From: Gemmatimonadota bacterium
GTDB lineage: Bacteria; Gemmatimonadota; Gemmatimonadetes; Longimicrobiales; RSA9
Length of the DNA stretch: 10,307 nt
Direction: 5' to 3'
Assembly: GCA_040905425.1 (NCBI GenBank)
Contig: JBBDRO010000022.1
Span: 1-10,307, forward strand
Shown here in pieces: positions 1 through 7,111 of the stretch. How positions within the stretch are numbered: position 1 is the stretch's first letter; the number at the start of each line of letters is the position of its first letter. The notes under the pieces were generated by a model. The model saw only the letters and a list, made by a program, of their open reading frames with translations, did not search any database and had not been told where the DNA came from. The translations under genes were made by a program, and so were the position numbers.

Positions 1-54
1 GGAGGGGACATTTCTATCCGTAGCTGGAGGGGACATTATCATCCGTAGACAACA
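1..54. mobile_element. Terminal region of an insertion sequence (IS21-family or IS1202/ISNCY-like); the element body lies upstream of the window
   Basis: Two direct repeats with a 25-bp period, GGAGGGGACATTtctATCCGTAG (1-23) and GGAGGGGACATTatcATCCGTAG (26-48), 20/23 identical, are followed by ACAACA (49-54). On the minus strand this reads 5'-TGTTGT...ATAATGTCCCC...GAAATGTCCCC. A TGT terminus with reiterated transposase-binding sites is established for IS21 and IS1202 ends. No transposase is visible in the window. Confidence 0.75.
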
Positions 55-85
55 GTTCAGGGTGCTTTTTCAGCGTGCGGAGGCT

Positions 86-118
86 TATGATTGCGTAGCC
101 TGTTCACCCCGAATGGAG
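86..118 (+). promoter_or_regulatory. Candidate -10 box (TATGAT, 86-91) and RBS (GGAG, 115-118) for the beta-propeller gene
   Basis: 5/6 match to TATAAT in a GC-rich background. GGAG lies 8 nt before ATG 127. No clear -35 box. Confidence 0.4.
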
Positions 119-126
119 TGCCGCTC

Positions 127-1341
127 ATGCCACGCTGTGTGTGCCTGGTGTGCCTCACCGTGGTCGCCATCGGCGGTGCGGCCTGCGGTGGCGCAAACAC
201 GCCGGAGACCACGGAGTCGTGGGCCGGCACCGTGGACACCCTACCGGGCGGCGCCGTCCACGTAGTGAATCCCGCACAGGGTGTCTGGACCGAGGAAGAC
301 CGCTGGCGGCTGACCGAGGCGCTGCGCATCGGCGCGGTGGACGGTGCGGGCCCGGAGCTCTGGGAGCGCGTGGGCGGCATGGCGGTCGATGGGGGCGGGC
401 GCCTCTGGGTGACCGACGCGGCCGCCGGTGAAGTGCGGGTGTTCGACGCCGCCGGACGGCATGTGCGCACGGTGGGGCGAGCCGGCGGCGGGCCCGGCGA
501 ATTCCGCTCGCCCCGCGACATATGGGTCACGCCCGCGCAGGAGGTATGGGTCGTCGATCCGACCGCCAGGCGCATCGAGGTTTTCGACACGGCGGGGACG
601 CGGCTGCACGGTGTGCCGCTACAGGGCCACATCGAAGCCATCACGGCCAGCCAGCAGTATGTCTGGACCGACGACGGGCTTCTGCATCAGACCTTCACCC
701 GCGCGGCGCCGGGGCCCATGCGGAACCGCCTGGCGGTGGTGCGGCACCGGTGGGAGGGGGGGACGCTTACGGCGCTGGACACGTTCCGCCTGCCTGAGGT
801 GGCGCCGGTGCCGCGCTTCGGCTTCCCGATGGAGGGCCCGGCCGGGCCGGCACTCGGCATCATGAACGTTCCCTACGCGCACGCTCCGCTGCGCACGCTG
901 GGCCCGGACGGTAGCGTCTGGATCTCGGAGGGGGATGGGGCCTACCGCATCCGCCGGCAGAACGCGCGCGGTGACACCCTGCGGATCATCGAGCGCGCGG
1001 TCGAGCCGATCCCGGTGCCCGACTCCGTTCGCACCCGCTGGAGCGAGACGATGGCCGGCAGCGCAGATGTGCCGGAACTACCGGACGTCATCGCGCCCTT
1101 CCAGACCGTTTTTCCGGCACCTGACGGCACGCTCTGGGTGCGCCGTCAGACGGGGCCGCGGAGCTATGTGCTGGATGTCTTCGATGCCGCCGGCCGCTAC
1201 CTGGGCGAGGCCATGGCCGACGTGGCGCTGAGCCGCTTCGGCGTGCAGCTGGTCACGTCGGACGCGCTCTACGGTACCATGAGCGACGACCTGGGCGTGC
1301 AGTACGTGGTGGCGCTAAGGATCGAAAAGCCGGAGCCGTGA
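127..1341 (+). CDS. 6-bladed beta-propeller (NHL-repeat-like) lipoprotein, about 404 aa
   Basis: ATG 127 with an RBS is preferred over TTG 91. Hydrophobic signal ending in a lipobox-like GAA-C. NHL-type motifs GMAVDGGGRLWVTD, VRVFDAAGRHVRTVGRAGGGPGEFRSP, DGSVWI, DGTLWV and DVFDAAGRYLG. Confidence 0.85.
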   Translation: MPRCVCLVCLTVVAIGGAACGGANTPETTESWAGTVDTLPGGAVHVVNPAQGVWTEEDRWRLTEALRIGAVDGAGPELWERVGGMAVDGGGRLWVTDAAAGEVRVFDAAGRHVRTVGRAGGGPGEFRSPRDIWVTPAQEVWVVDPTARRIEVFDTAGTRLHGVPLQGHIEAITASQQYVWTDDGLLHQTFTRAAPGPMRNRLAVVRHRWEGGTLTALDTFRLPEVAPVPRFGFPMEGPAGPALGIMNVPYAHAPLRTLGPDGSVWISEGDGAYRIRRQNARGDTLRIIERAVEPIPVPDSVRTRWSETMAGSADVPELPDVIAPFQTVFPAPDGTLWVRRQTGPRSYVLDVFDAAGRYLGEAMADVALSRFGVQLVTSDALYGTMSDDLGVQYVVALRIEKPEP

Positions 1342-1389
1342 AGGCAGGCCGCGGGGGAGTCGACGCTCGCCCCGGCCCGCGTGCGGCAG

Positions 1390-1395
1390 TATAAT
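1390..1395 (+). promoter_or_regulatory. Perfect sigma70 -10 hexamer upstream of the serine hydrolase gene
   Basis: TATAAT at 1390-1395 in the GC-rich 1342-1450 intergenic gap. The -35 position (TCGCCC, 1367-1372) is weak. Confidence 0.5.
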
Positions 1396-1450
1396 CCCGG
1401 GAGCCGCCCTGCCCGCGGCACATTCACTCCCAGCGAACCCCCGCAGTGAC

Positions 1451-2965
1451 ATGGGCCAATCAGCCATCAGCCGCGCAGCACCCACGCTCGGGCCGGCCGC
1501 TACCCTGGCCGTCGCACACCGGCCGGCCGCCACCCTGGCCCGCGCGATTGCGGCCGCCCGGCCGGCGGCACTGGCCTTCGCCGCCGGGGCCGCCGTACTT
1601 GCGGCACTCGCCCCGCCGCCGGCCGCCGCCCAGTACGCCATGGCGGACCGCGTGGATCGCATCTTCGCGGACTTCGCGGCCTACGACCGGCCGGGGTGCG
1701 CCGTGGCCGTGAGCGAGGAGGGGCGTGTCACGCTCGAGCGCGCCTATGGCATGGCGGAGCTGGAGCACGGCGTGCGCAACACGCCCGCCACCGTCTTCGA
1801 GGCGGGCTCCGTCTCGAAGCAGTTCACGGCGGCGGCCACCATCCTGCTGGCGCTGGACGGCAAGATCTCCCTGGAGGATGACATCCGGGACTATATCCCT
1901 GAGGTGCCGGACTACGGCCCCACCATCACCATCCGTCACCTGCTGAACCACACCAGCGGACTGCGCGACTGGGGCTCGGTGGCGTCGCTGGAAGGGTGGC
2001 CGCGGACCTCCCGCGTGCACACGCACGATCACATGCTGGACATCGTGAGCCGGCAGCGGGCGCTGAACTACCCGCCGGGGGAGCGCTACTCCTACACCAA
2101 CACGGGTTACAACCTGCAGGCGGTGCTGGTGGAGCGGGTGAGCGGGATGCCGTTCGCGGAGTTCAGCCAGCGGCACATCTTCGACCGGCTGGGCCTCTAC
2201 AACACGGAGTGGCGGGATGACTACACACGCCTGGTGCCCAACCGCGCGCAGGCCTATACGCGCTCCCGTGACGGTGGCTGGGCGCTGAACATGCCCTTCG
2301 AGAACGTGCACGGGAACGGCGGGCTGCTGACCACGGTGGGGGACCTGCTGCGCTGGACGGAGTCGCTGGAGCGGGCCGAGCTGGGGGAGCGCTTCGTGGC
2401 GGAGATGCACCGCACGGGCGTGCTCAACAACGGCGAGTCCATCACGTACGCGAGCGGCCTCGTGGTGGGGCAGTATCGGGGCGTGCCGGAGATCAGCCAC
2501 AGCGGCTCCACCGCCGGCTACCGCGCCTACCTGGCGCGCTACCCCGAGCAGCGCGTGGGCGTGGCCGTGCTGTGCAACGCCGCCAACGCCAGCGCCGGCG
2601 GCCTGGCGCACGAGGTGGTGGAGCTCTGGCTGGGCAACGCCCTGGCGCCCGTGGCGCGGCGTGACGCCTCGCAGCAGGGTGGACAGGAGGAGCCGCCGCC
2701 GCGCTGGGAGCCCACGCCCGCCGAGCTCGGCGCCTTCGTGGGCACCTATCACAGCCCGGAGGCCAACGCCACCTACACGGTGAGCGTGCAGGATGGCGAG
2801 CTGATGCTGCAGCGGCCCTTCCGCTCGCCGAACGCGCTTACTCCAGGGCGGGAGGCGGACACCTTCGGCAGCTACCGCTTCATCCGGGACGCCGCCGGCC
2901 GCGTCATCGAGCTGAGCGTCTCCTCCAGCCGCGTCTACGACATGCGCTTCGAACGCGTGCGCTGA
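1451..2965 (+). CDS. Secreted serine hydrolase of the beta-lactamase/D-Ala carboxypeptidase fold (AmpC/D-aminopeptidase-like) with a C-terminal beta domain
   Basis: SxxK in FEAGSVSKQF, LLNHTSG, YxN in YSYTNTGY, and HSG in ISHSGSTAGY. Ala-rich signal ending AAA-Q. The start codon is uncertain because of the long repetitive N-terminus. Confidence 0.9.
   Translation: MGQSAISRAAPTLGPAATLAVAHRPAATLARAIAAARPAALAFAAGAAVLAALAPPPAAAQYAMADRVDRIFADFAAYDRPGCAVAVSEEGRVTLERAYGMAELEHGVRNTPATVFEAGSVSKQFTAAATILLALDGKISLEDDIRDYIPEVPDYGPTITIRHLLNHTSGLRDWGSVASLEGWPRTSRVHTHDHMLDIVSRQRALNYPPGERYSYTNTGYNLQAVLVERVSGMPFAEFSQRHIFDRLGLYNTEWRDDYTRLVPNRAQAYTRSRDGGWALNMPFENVHGNGGLLTTVGDLLRWTESLERAELGERFVAEMHRTGVLNNGESITYASGLVVGQYRGVPEISHSGSTAGYRAYLARYPEQRVGVAVLCNAANASAGGLAHEVVELWLGNALAPVARRDASQQGGQEEPPPRWEPTPAELGAFVGTYHSPEANATYTVSVQDGELMLQRPFRSPNALTPGREADTFGSYRFIRDAAGRVIELSVSSSRVYDMRFERVR
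1491..1540 (+). repeat. In-frame 20-bp direct repeat (30-bp period) in the signal-peptide region
   Basis: GGCCGGCCGCtACCCTGGCC (1491-1510) and GGCCGGCCGCcACCCTGGCC (1521-1540), 19/20 identical, both encoding PAATLA. Confidence 0.75.
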
Positions 2966-3032
2966 GCGGGCGCTGAGGGCGCGGCCGGGAGCCGCAGCGC
3001 GGCTCATGCGCGTAAACTGAAGTTACGAATGA

Positions 3033-3071
3033 AAGCGACGACGTCCGGGAAGCTGCCGGGCGTCGTCGCTT
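3033..3071. terminator. Long hairpin, probably a bidirectional intrinsic terminator between the convergent hydrolase and kinase genes
   Basis: AAGCGACGACGTCCGG (3033-3048), 7-nt loop, CCGGGCGTCGTCGCTT (3056-3071), 15/16 complementary. Followed by ATTT on the + strand and TCATT on the - strand. Overlaps the kinase TAA. Confidence 0.75.
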
Positions 3072-4746
3072 ATTTCCGGCGCGTATCACGATCCACGAGC
3101 ACGATGTTCAGCGCCAGCATGAGGCCGCCCACGGCCGCGGCCAGGAAGAGCAGCATGGCCAGCGCGGGATAGCCCAGGATGGTCCACGCCGTGTCCACGC
3201 GCATGAGCAGGGCGGCGCCCAGGATGAGGGCGGCCAGGACCACGCCGAGCGTGATGCGGTTGGCGATCTTCTCCATGCCCTCCATGAGGCGGCCCTCGTC
3301 GAAGGCGTTGACGCGCACCTCGAGGTCATTGTCCGCCACCCGGTCCAGCACGCGGTTCATGCGCTCGGGCAGGTGGCGCACGAACTCGGTGAGCTCCATG
3401 AGGCCGGCGGCCATGTTGCCCGGGGAGATCTCCTGCAGCATGCGCCGGCGCAGCACGTCGCTGGCGTTGCGGCGGAGGGCTTCGGTGGGGTTGAAGTCGG
3501 GGTCCAGGGTGCGCGTGACCTGGTCCAGGTTGAGCAGCGTCTTGCCGAAGAGCGCCAGCTCCGGCGGCTGGCGCACCAGGTTCTCCGTGGATACGCGGGT
3601 CAGCTCCAGGAAGATGCGGCCGGTGGGGGTCCGATCGATCGTGGCGCCGGCGTGCTGCATCACCACGCGGGCAATCTCGCGCAGATAGCGCTCCTCGTCG
3701 TGCCCCTCCAGCGGCTGACCCAGCTGCAGCGACTCGCGCGCCGCCTCCTCCGCGTTCCCCTCGGCCACCGCCAGCAGGAGCTTCAGCAGCCCCTCGCGCA
3801 TGCCCTGGCTGACGTGGCCCACCATGCCCAGGTCCAGCAGCGCCAGGCGGCCGTCCTCGGTGAGGAAGACGTTGCCGGGGTGCGGGTCGGCATGGAAGAC
3901 GCCGTCCACCAGGACCTGCTGCAGGTAGGCTTTGAAGAGCTGCTCGCCGAGCGCGGCGCCGTCCACCTCCAGGCGCGCCAACGGGCTCACCTTGGTGATC
4001 TTGCGGCCGCGCACGTAGTCCATGGTGAGCACGCGGCCGGTGGTGTAGTCGAGCACGGGCCGGGGGATGACCAGCCGGTCGAAGCCGGCCAGGTTCTCCG
4101 CCAGCAGGAGCAGGTTGGAGGCCTCCTGGCGGTAGTCCAGCTCGCGCGCCAGCGACGTCTGGAACTGCTCCAGCACCTCCCCGAAGCCCACGCGGCGGCC
4201 GGCCTCGGTGTGCTCGTCAAGGAAGCCGGCCAGCTCGGCGAGCGCTTCCAGGTCATCCGCGATGCGCTGCCGGATGCCCGGCCGCTGGACCTTGACCGCC
4301 ACGTGGCGGCCGTCCCGCATGACCGCACGGTGCACCTGCCCCAGCGACGCGGCTGCCAGCGGCTCGTCCGCGAAGCTCCGGAAGGCCTTGGAGATCCGCA
4401 CGCCCAGCTCCTCCTCCACCAGCGCCACGGCTTCGCCGCCGGGGAACGGCTCCACCTCGTCCTGCAGCGTCTCGAGCGCCTCCAGGTAGCTGGTGGGGAG
4501 CAGGTCCGCGCGCGTGGAGAGGAGCTGGCCGAGCTTGATGTACGTGGGACCGAGCGCCTCCAGGTCGGCGCGCAGCCCCTCCGCCGCGGCCGGCGACCCC
4601 TCCGCCAGCGGTTCGTCGTGCGCCGTGGCGGAGAGCGTCTCGGCCAGGCCGGCCTGGCGCACCAGGTCGCCGTGCCCGTGCTTGATCAGCAGACGGGCCA
4701 CCCCGCCGTAGCGGGCCAGGTGCTTGGGTTTCAGGGACAGGGCCAT
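3070..4746 (-). CDS. AarF/UbiB (ABC1) family atypical protein kinase, 558 aa, with two C-terminal transmembrane helices
   Basis: LGPTYIKLGQLLSTRADL (KxGQ), LAAASLGQVH (A-rich loop), VAVKVQRP, ELDY, FHADPHPGN and LLDLGMVG. RBS GAGGAG precedes ATG 4746. True ubiB orthology cannot be established from this sequence. Confidence 0.95.
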   Translation of the reverse strand: MALSLKPKHLARYGGVARLLIKHGHGDLVRQAGLAETLSATAHDEPLAEGSPAAAEGLRADLEALGPTYIKLGQLLSTRADLLPTSYLEALETLQDEVEPFPGGEAVALVEEELGVRISKAFRSFADEPLAAASLGQVHRAVMRDGRHVAVKVQRPGIRQRIADDLEALAELAGFLDEHTEAGRRVGFGEVLEQFQTSLARELDYRQEASNLLLLAENLAGFDRLVIPRPVLDYTTGRVLTMDYVRGRKITKVSPLARLEVDGAALGEQLFKAYLQQVLVDGVFHADPHPGNVFLTEDGRLALLDLGMVGHVSQGMREGLLKLLLAVAEGNAEEAARESLQLGQPLEGHDEERYLREIARVVMQHAGATIDRTPTGRIFLELTRVSTENLVRQPPELALFGKTLLNLDQVTRTLDPDFNPTEALRRNASDVLRRRMLQEISPGNMAAGLMELTEFVRHLPERMNRVLDRVADNDLEVRVNAFDEGRLMEGMEKIANRITLGVVLAALILGAALLMRVDTAWTILGYPALAMLLFLAAAVGGLMLALNIVLVDRDTRRK

Positions 4747-4794
4747 GCGCGCTCCTCGGCGGCGCCTTCATGGCCCCAGCCGGGCGCCCCGGAA

Positions 4795-4810
4795 TGCAAG
4801 GGGCAGGCCG
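4795..4810 (-). promoter_or_regulatory. Candidate sigma54 (-24/-12) promoter for the ABC1 kinase
   Basis: The minus strand reads CGGCCTGCCCCTTGCA: GG-N10-GC with a canonical TTGCA -12 element, about 50 bp upstream of ATG 4746. Confidence 0.55.
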
Positions 4811-4837
4811 CGCGAGGGGGTGCGGGCCCGCTACGCC

Positions 4838-4866
4838 TTGCGTTGGCCTCCGCCCGCTTCCAGCTT
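4838..4866 (+). promoter_or_regulatory. Candidate sigma70-type promoter for the SDR gene
   Basis: TTGCGT (4838-4843), 17-bp spacer, CAGCTT (4861-4866). RBS GGAG at 4932-4935. Confidence 0.3.
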
Positions 4867-4942
4867 TGGCAGGCTCCGGCGCGGCGCCGCTCAGCCGCCC
4901 TCAGACCCCAAGCCTCCAGCAGACCTTCAGTGGAGACGGTTC

Positions 4943-5800
4943 ATGTCCCGTAGCAGCAACCCCGGCAGCGTCCTGGTCACCGGTGCATCCAAGGGCATCG
5001 GGGAAGCCTGCGCGCTGCGCCTGGACGGCCTGGGGTGGCGGGTGTTCGCCGGGGTGCGCCGCACGGAGGACGGGGCGGCGCTGCGGGAGAAGAGCTCGGA
5101 GCGGCTGGAGCCGCTCATGCTGGACGTCACCAGCGGCGAGCAGGTGGCGGCGGCGGGGCAGCGCGTCGACGAGGCGTGCGGGGAGGCGGGGCTCACGGCC
5201 GTGGTCAACAATGCGGGCATTGCCATAGCCGGGCCGCTCGAGTTCCTGCCGGTGGAGGAGCTGCGCCGGCAGCTCGAGGTGAACGTGGTGGGGCAGGTGG
5301 CGGTGACCCAGGCCGTGCTGCCGGCGCTGCGCCGCGCGCGCGGGCGGATCATCTTCGTGGGCTCGATCGCCGGGCGGAGCGCCATGCCGTTCACGGGCGC
5401 CTACTCGGCCTCCAAGTTCGCGCTCGAGGCCGTGACCGACTCCCTGCGGCTGGAGCTACGCCCCTGGGACATGCACGTGGCCATCGTGGAGCCCGGCGTC
5501 ATCAGCACGCCCATCTGGGAGACCTCCGCCGCCCGCGCGGAGGCCAATCTGGCGCGCATGCCGGAGGAAGCGGAGCGCTACTACGGCCGGCCGCTGGAGG
5601 CACTCCGGCGCCGCGCCCGGCTGGGCATCGAGGGGCTGCCCGCCAGCCAGGTGGCCGAGGTGGTGGAGCACGCACTCACCTCCAGGCGGCCGCGCACGCG
5701 CTACGTGGTGGGCTCGGACGCGGAGCTGCGCCGCTTCCTGGAGACGCTGCCCGACCGCCTGCGGGACTACATCATCGCGGGGCGGTTGAAGAAGCTTTAA
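4943..5800 (+). CDS. Classical short-chain dehydrogenase/reductase (17-beta-HSD/retinol dehydrogenase-like), about 285 aa
   Basis: TGASKGIG (TGxxxGxG), NNAG, catalytic S in VGSIAG, YSASK (YxxxK) and IVEPG. ATG 4943 with a GGAG RBS is preferred over the ORF-track start at 4724, which overlaps the kinase. Confidence 0.95.
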   Translation: MSRSSNPGSVLVTGASKGIGEACALRLDGLGWRVFAGVRRTEDGAALREKSSERLEPLMLDVTSGEQVAAAGQRVDEACGEAGLTAVVNNAGIAIAGPLEFLPVEELRRQLEVNVVGQVAVTQAVLPALRRARGRIIFVGSIAGRSAMPFTGAYSASKFALEAVTDSLRLELRPWDMHVAIVEPGVISTPIWETSAARAEANLARMPEEAERYYGRPLEALRRRARLGIEGLPASQVAEVVEHALTSRRPRTRYVVGSDAELRRFLETLPDRLRDYIIAGRLKKL

Positions 5801-5805
5801 GCGAC

Positions 5806-5835
5806 GACCCCGCGCGGCCGCGCGGCGGTCTTTCT
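5806..5835. terminator. GC-rich hairpin terminator between the convergent SDR and LVIVD genes
   Basis: Perfect 16-bp palindrome CCGCGCGGCCGCGCGG (5810-5825), extended by GACC/GGTC with a 1-nt bulge, followed by TTTCT. Confidence 0.6.
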
Positions 5836-5848
5836 CCATCCCGGCGCG

Positions 5849-7111
5849 TCAACGCTGCAGCGTCGAGACGTCCAGCACGTAGAGCCCGCTCACCATGTCC
5901 GACGCCCACACGCGCGTGCCCCGGTGCTGCACCCCCCAGACGGCCACGGGGCTCACGTCACTCAGCCCCACACCCGCTTCCCGCTCCATGAGCGTCAGGT
6001 TGCAGCGGCCGTCGGCGGCGCGCTGCTGCGCGCTGCAGGCGGACAGGTCCCCGCGCACGTCCAGCGCGCGCACGCCGCCGTTGTAGAAGGCGGCGTAGAG
6101 CACGCCGTTCTCCTCGTCCAGGTCGAAGTTGTGGGCGCCCGCACCGGGCACGTGGTAGAAGGCCACCTCCACCGGGTTGGCCATGTCCGAGACGTCCACC
6201 ACGTGCAGGTCCCCGCCCGAGCTGAACCCGATGGAGCCGCCCACCTCCTCCTCACCCACGAAGGCGTAGCGCTTCTGCCCCGTGAGCGCGTCGTGGTACC
6301 ACCACACATTGTGCACGTTGCCGCCCTCGGTGAGCACGTTGCCGAGCTCGACCGGGTCGGCGGGTGTGCCGCCGAGCTCTCCGCCGCCGATGTCCCACAG
6401 CGTGAGGCCGGCGTCCCAGAGGGCGGTGAAGAGGATGCCGTCACGCACGAAGACGTCATGCACGAAGGGCTGGCCCATGGTGCGCACGAGCACCTCCACC
6501 GGGTTGGCCGGATCGGACAGGTCCAGGATGACCAGCGCGGCCGCCACCGGCTCCGGAAAGGTGTTCAGCGGGTCGATGGAGAGGAAGGCGTACAGGGTGC
6601 CGCCCACCCGCCCGAACTTGGCGGTGTGCACGCCGGGGTTGGTGGCCTCCGAGTTATAGCGCGTGATGAGCGGGGGGCGCGCGGCGTTGGCCTGCAGGTC
6701 GTAGAGCATGACGGAGCCGCCGGTGCGCTCGGTGGCCACCATGAGGAGTTGGCCGTCGTCAGAGACCTGCACGTCGCCCGTGGTGCTGGCGAAGGGGACG
6801 ATGAGCGAGTCGGTGGCCACGGGCTCGTCACCGGCGATGTTCCACACCACCACCTTGTTGCCCGGATTGCCCCCGCGGTTGGACCAGGAGCTGGTGTAGG
6901 CCCAGCTGCCGTGGATGGCTACCTCCGCGGTATAGCGCTCCGGCACCTGGCCGTGGCCCACCACCGGGAGCGGCGCGGAGACCGGTAGCTCCTCCTCGTC
7001 GTCGTCGATGGGGGCCACGGGATCATCCTCGCAGGCGGTGGCCACGGCCAGGATGAGCGCCAGGAGGAGCGGGCCGGCGGATCTGCGTGCGGTCATGCTA
7101 TGGTGCCTCAT
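5849..7111 (-). CDS. LVIVD-repeat beta-propeller lipoprotein, about 420 aa
   Basis: ATG 7111 overlaps the upstream TGA (ATGA). Signal LLLALILAVATA-C is a lipobox, followed by an acidic linker. Repeats LVILDLSDPANPVEV, LHVVDVSDMANPVEV, VRALDV and LYVLDVS. Confidence 0.88.
   Translation of the reverse strand: MRHHSMTARRSAGPLLLALILAVATACEDDPVAPIDDDEEELPVSAPLPVVGHGQVPERYTAEVAIHGSWAYTSSWSNRGGNPGNKVVVWNIAGDEPVATDSLIVPFASTTGDVQVSDDGQLLMVATERTGGSVMLYDLQANAARPPLITRYNSEATNPGVHTAKFGRVGGTLYAFLSIDPLNTFPEPVAAALVILDLSDPANPVEVLVRTMGQPFVHDVFVRDGILFTALWDAGLTLWDIGGGELGGTPADPVELGNVLTEGGNVHNVWWYHDALTGQKRYAFVGEEEVGGSIGFSSGGDLHVVDVSDMANPVEVAFYHVPGAGAHNFDLDEENGVLYAAFYNGGVRALDVRGDLSACSAQQRAADGRCNLTLMEREAGVGLSDVSPVAVWGVQHRGTRVWASDMVSGLYVLDVSTLQR

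Noticed and set aside
1..48. Direct repeats as a CRISPR array
   Set aside because: Only a 2-nt gap separates the two units, so there are no spacers. No cas genes are present, and the ACA terminus fits an IS end.
55..113. Possible attC or dif site next to the IS end (TTCAGGGTG...CACCCCGAA imperfect inverted repeat)
   Set aside because: No RYYYAAC/GTTRRRY pair or convincing Xer arms. The short GC-rich match is compatible with chance.
1451..2965. Calling the serine hydrolase a bona fide ampC resistance gene
   Set aside because: It has HSG rather than KTG and an extra C-terminal domain, which fits the broad peptidase/esterase members of the fold. There is no evidence of beta-lactamase activity.
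2958..3005. GCGCTGAG duplication at the hydrolase stop and small hairpin GAGCCGC-agc-GCGGCTC
   Set aside because: Too short to be significant in high-GC DNA, and there is no U-tract. At most an accessory part of the terminator region.
1460..3007. 515-aa minus-strand ORF
   Set aside because: Antisense shadow of the serine hydrolase. It has no recognisable motifs, and such shadows are expected from high-GC codon bias.
3070..4746. Assigning the gene symbol ubiB
   Set aside because: No ubiE/ubiJ neighbours are present. ABC1 kinases have many paralogues, so orthology cannot be shown from this sequence.
3373..4953. 526-aa plus-strand ORF
   Set aside because: Antisense shadow of the ABC1 kinase.
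5924..6988. 354-aa plus-strand ORF
   Set aside because: Antisense shadow of the LVIVD gene, with His/Val/Gly-rich composition typical of mirror frames.
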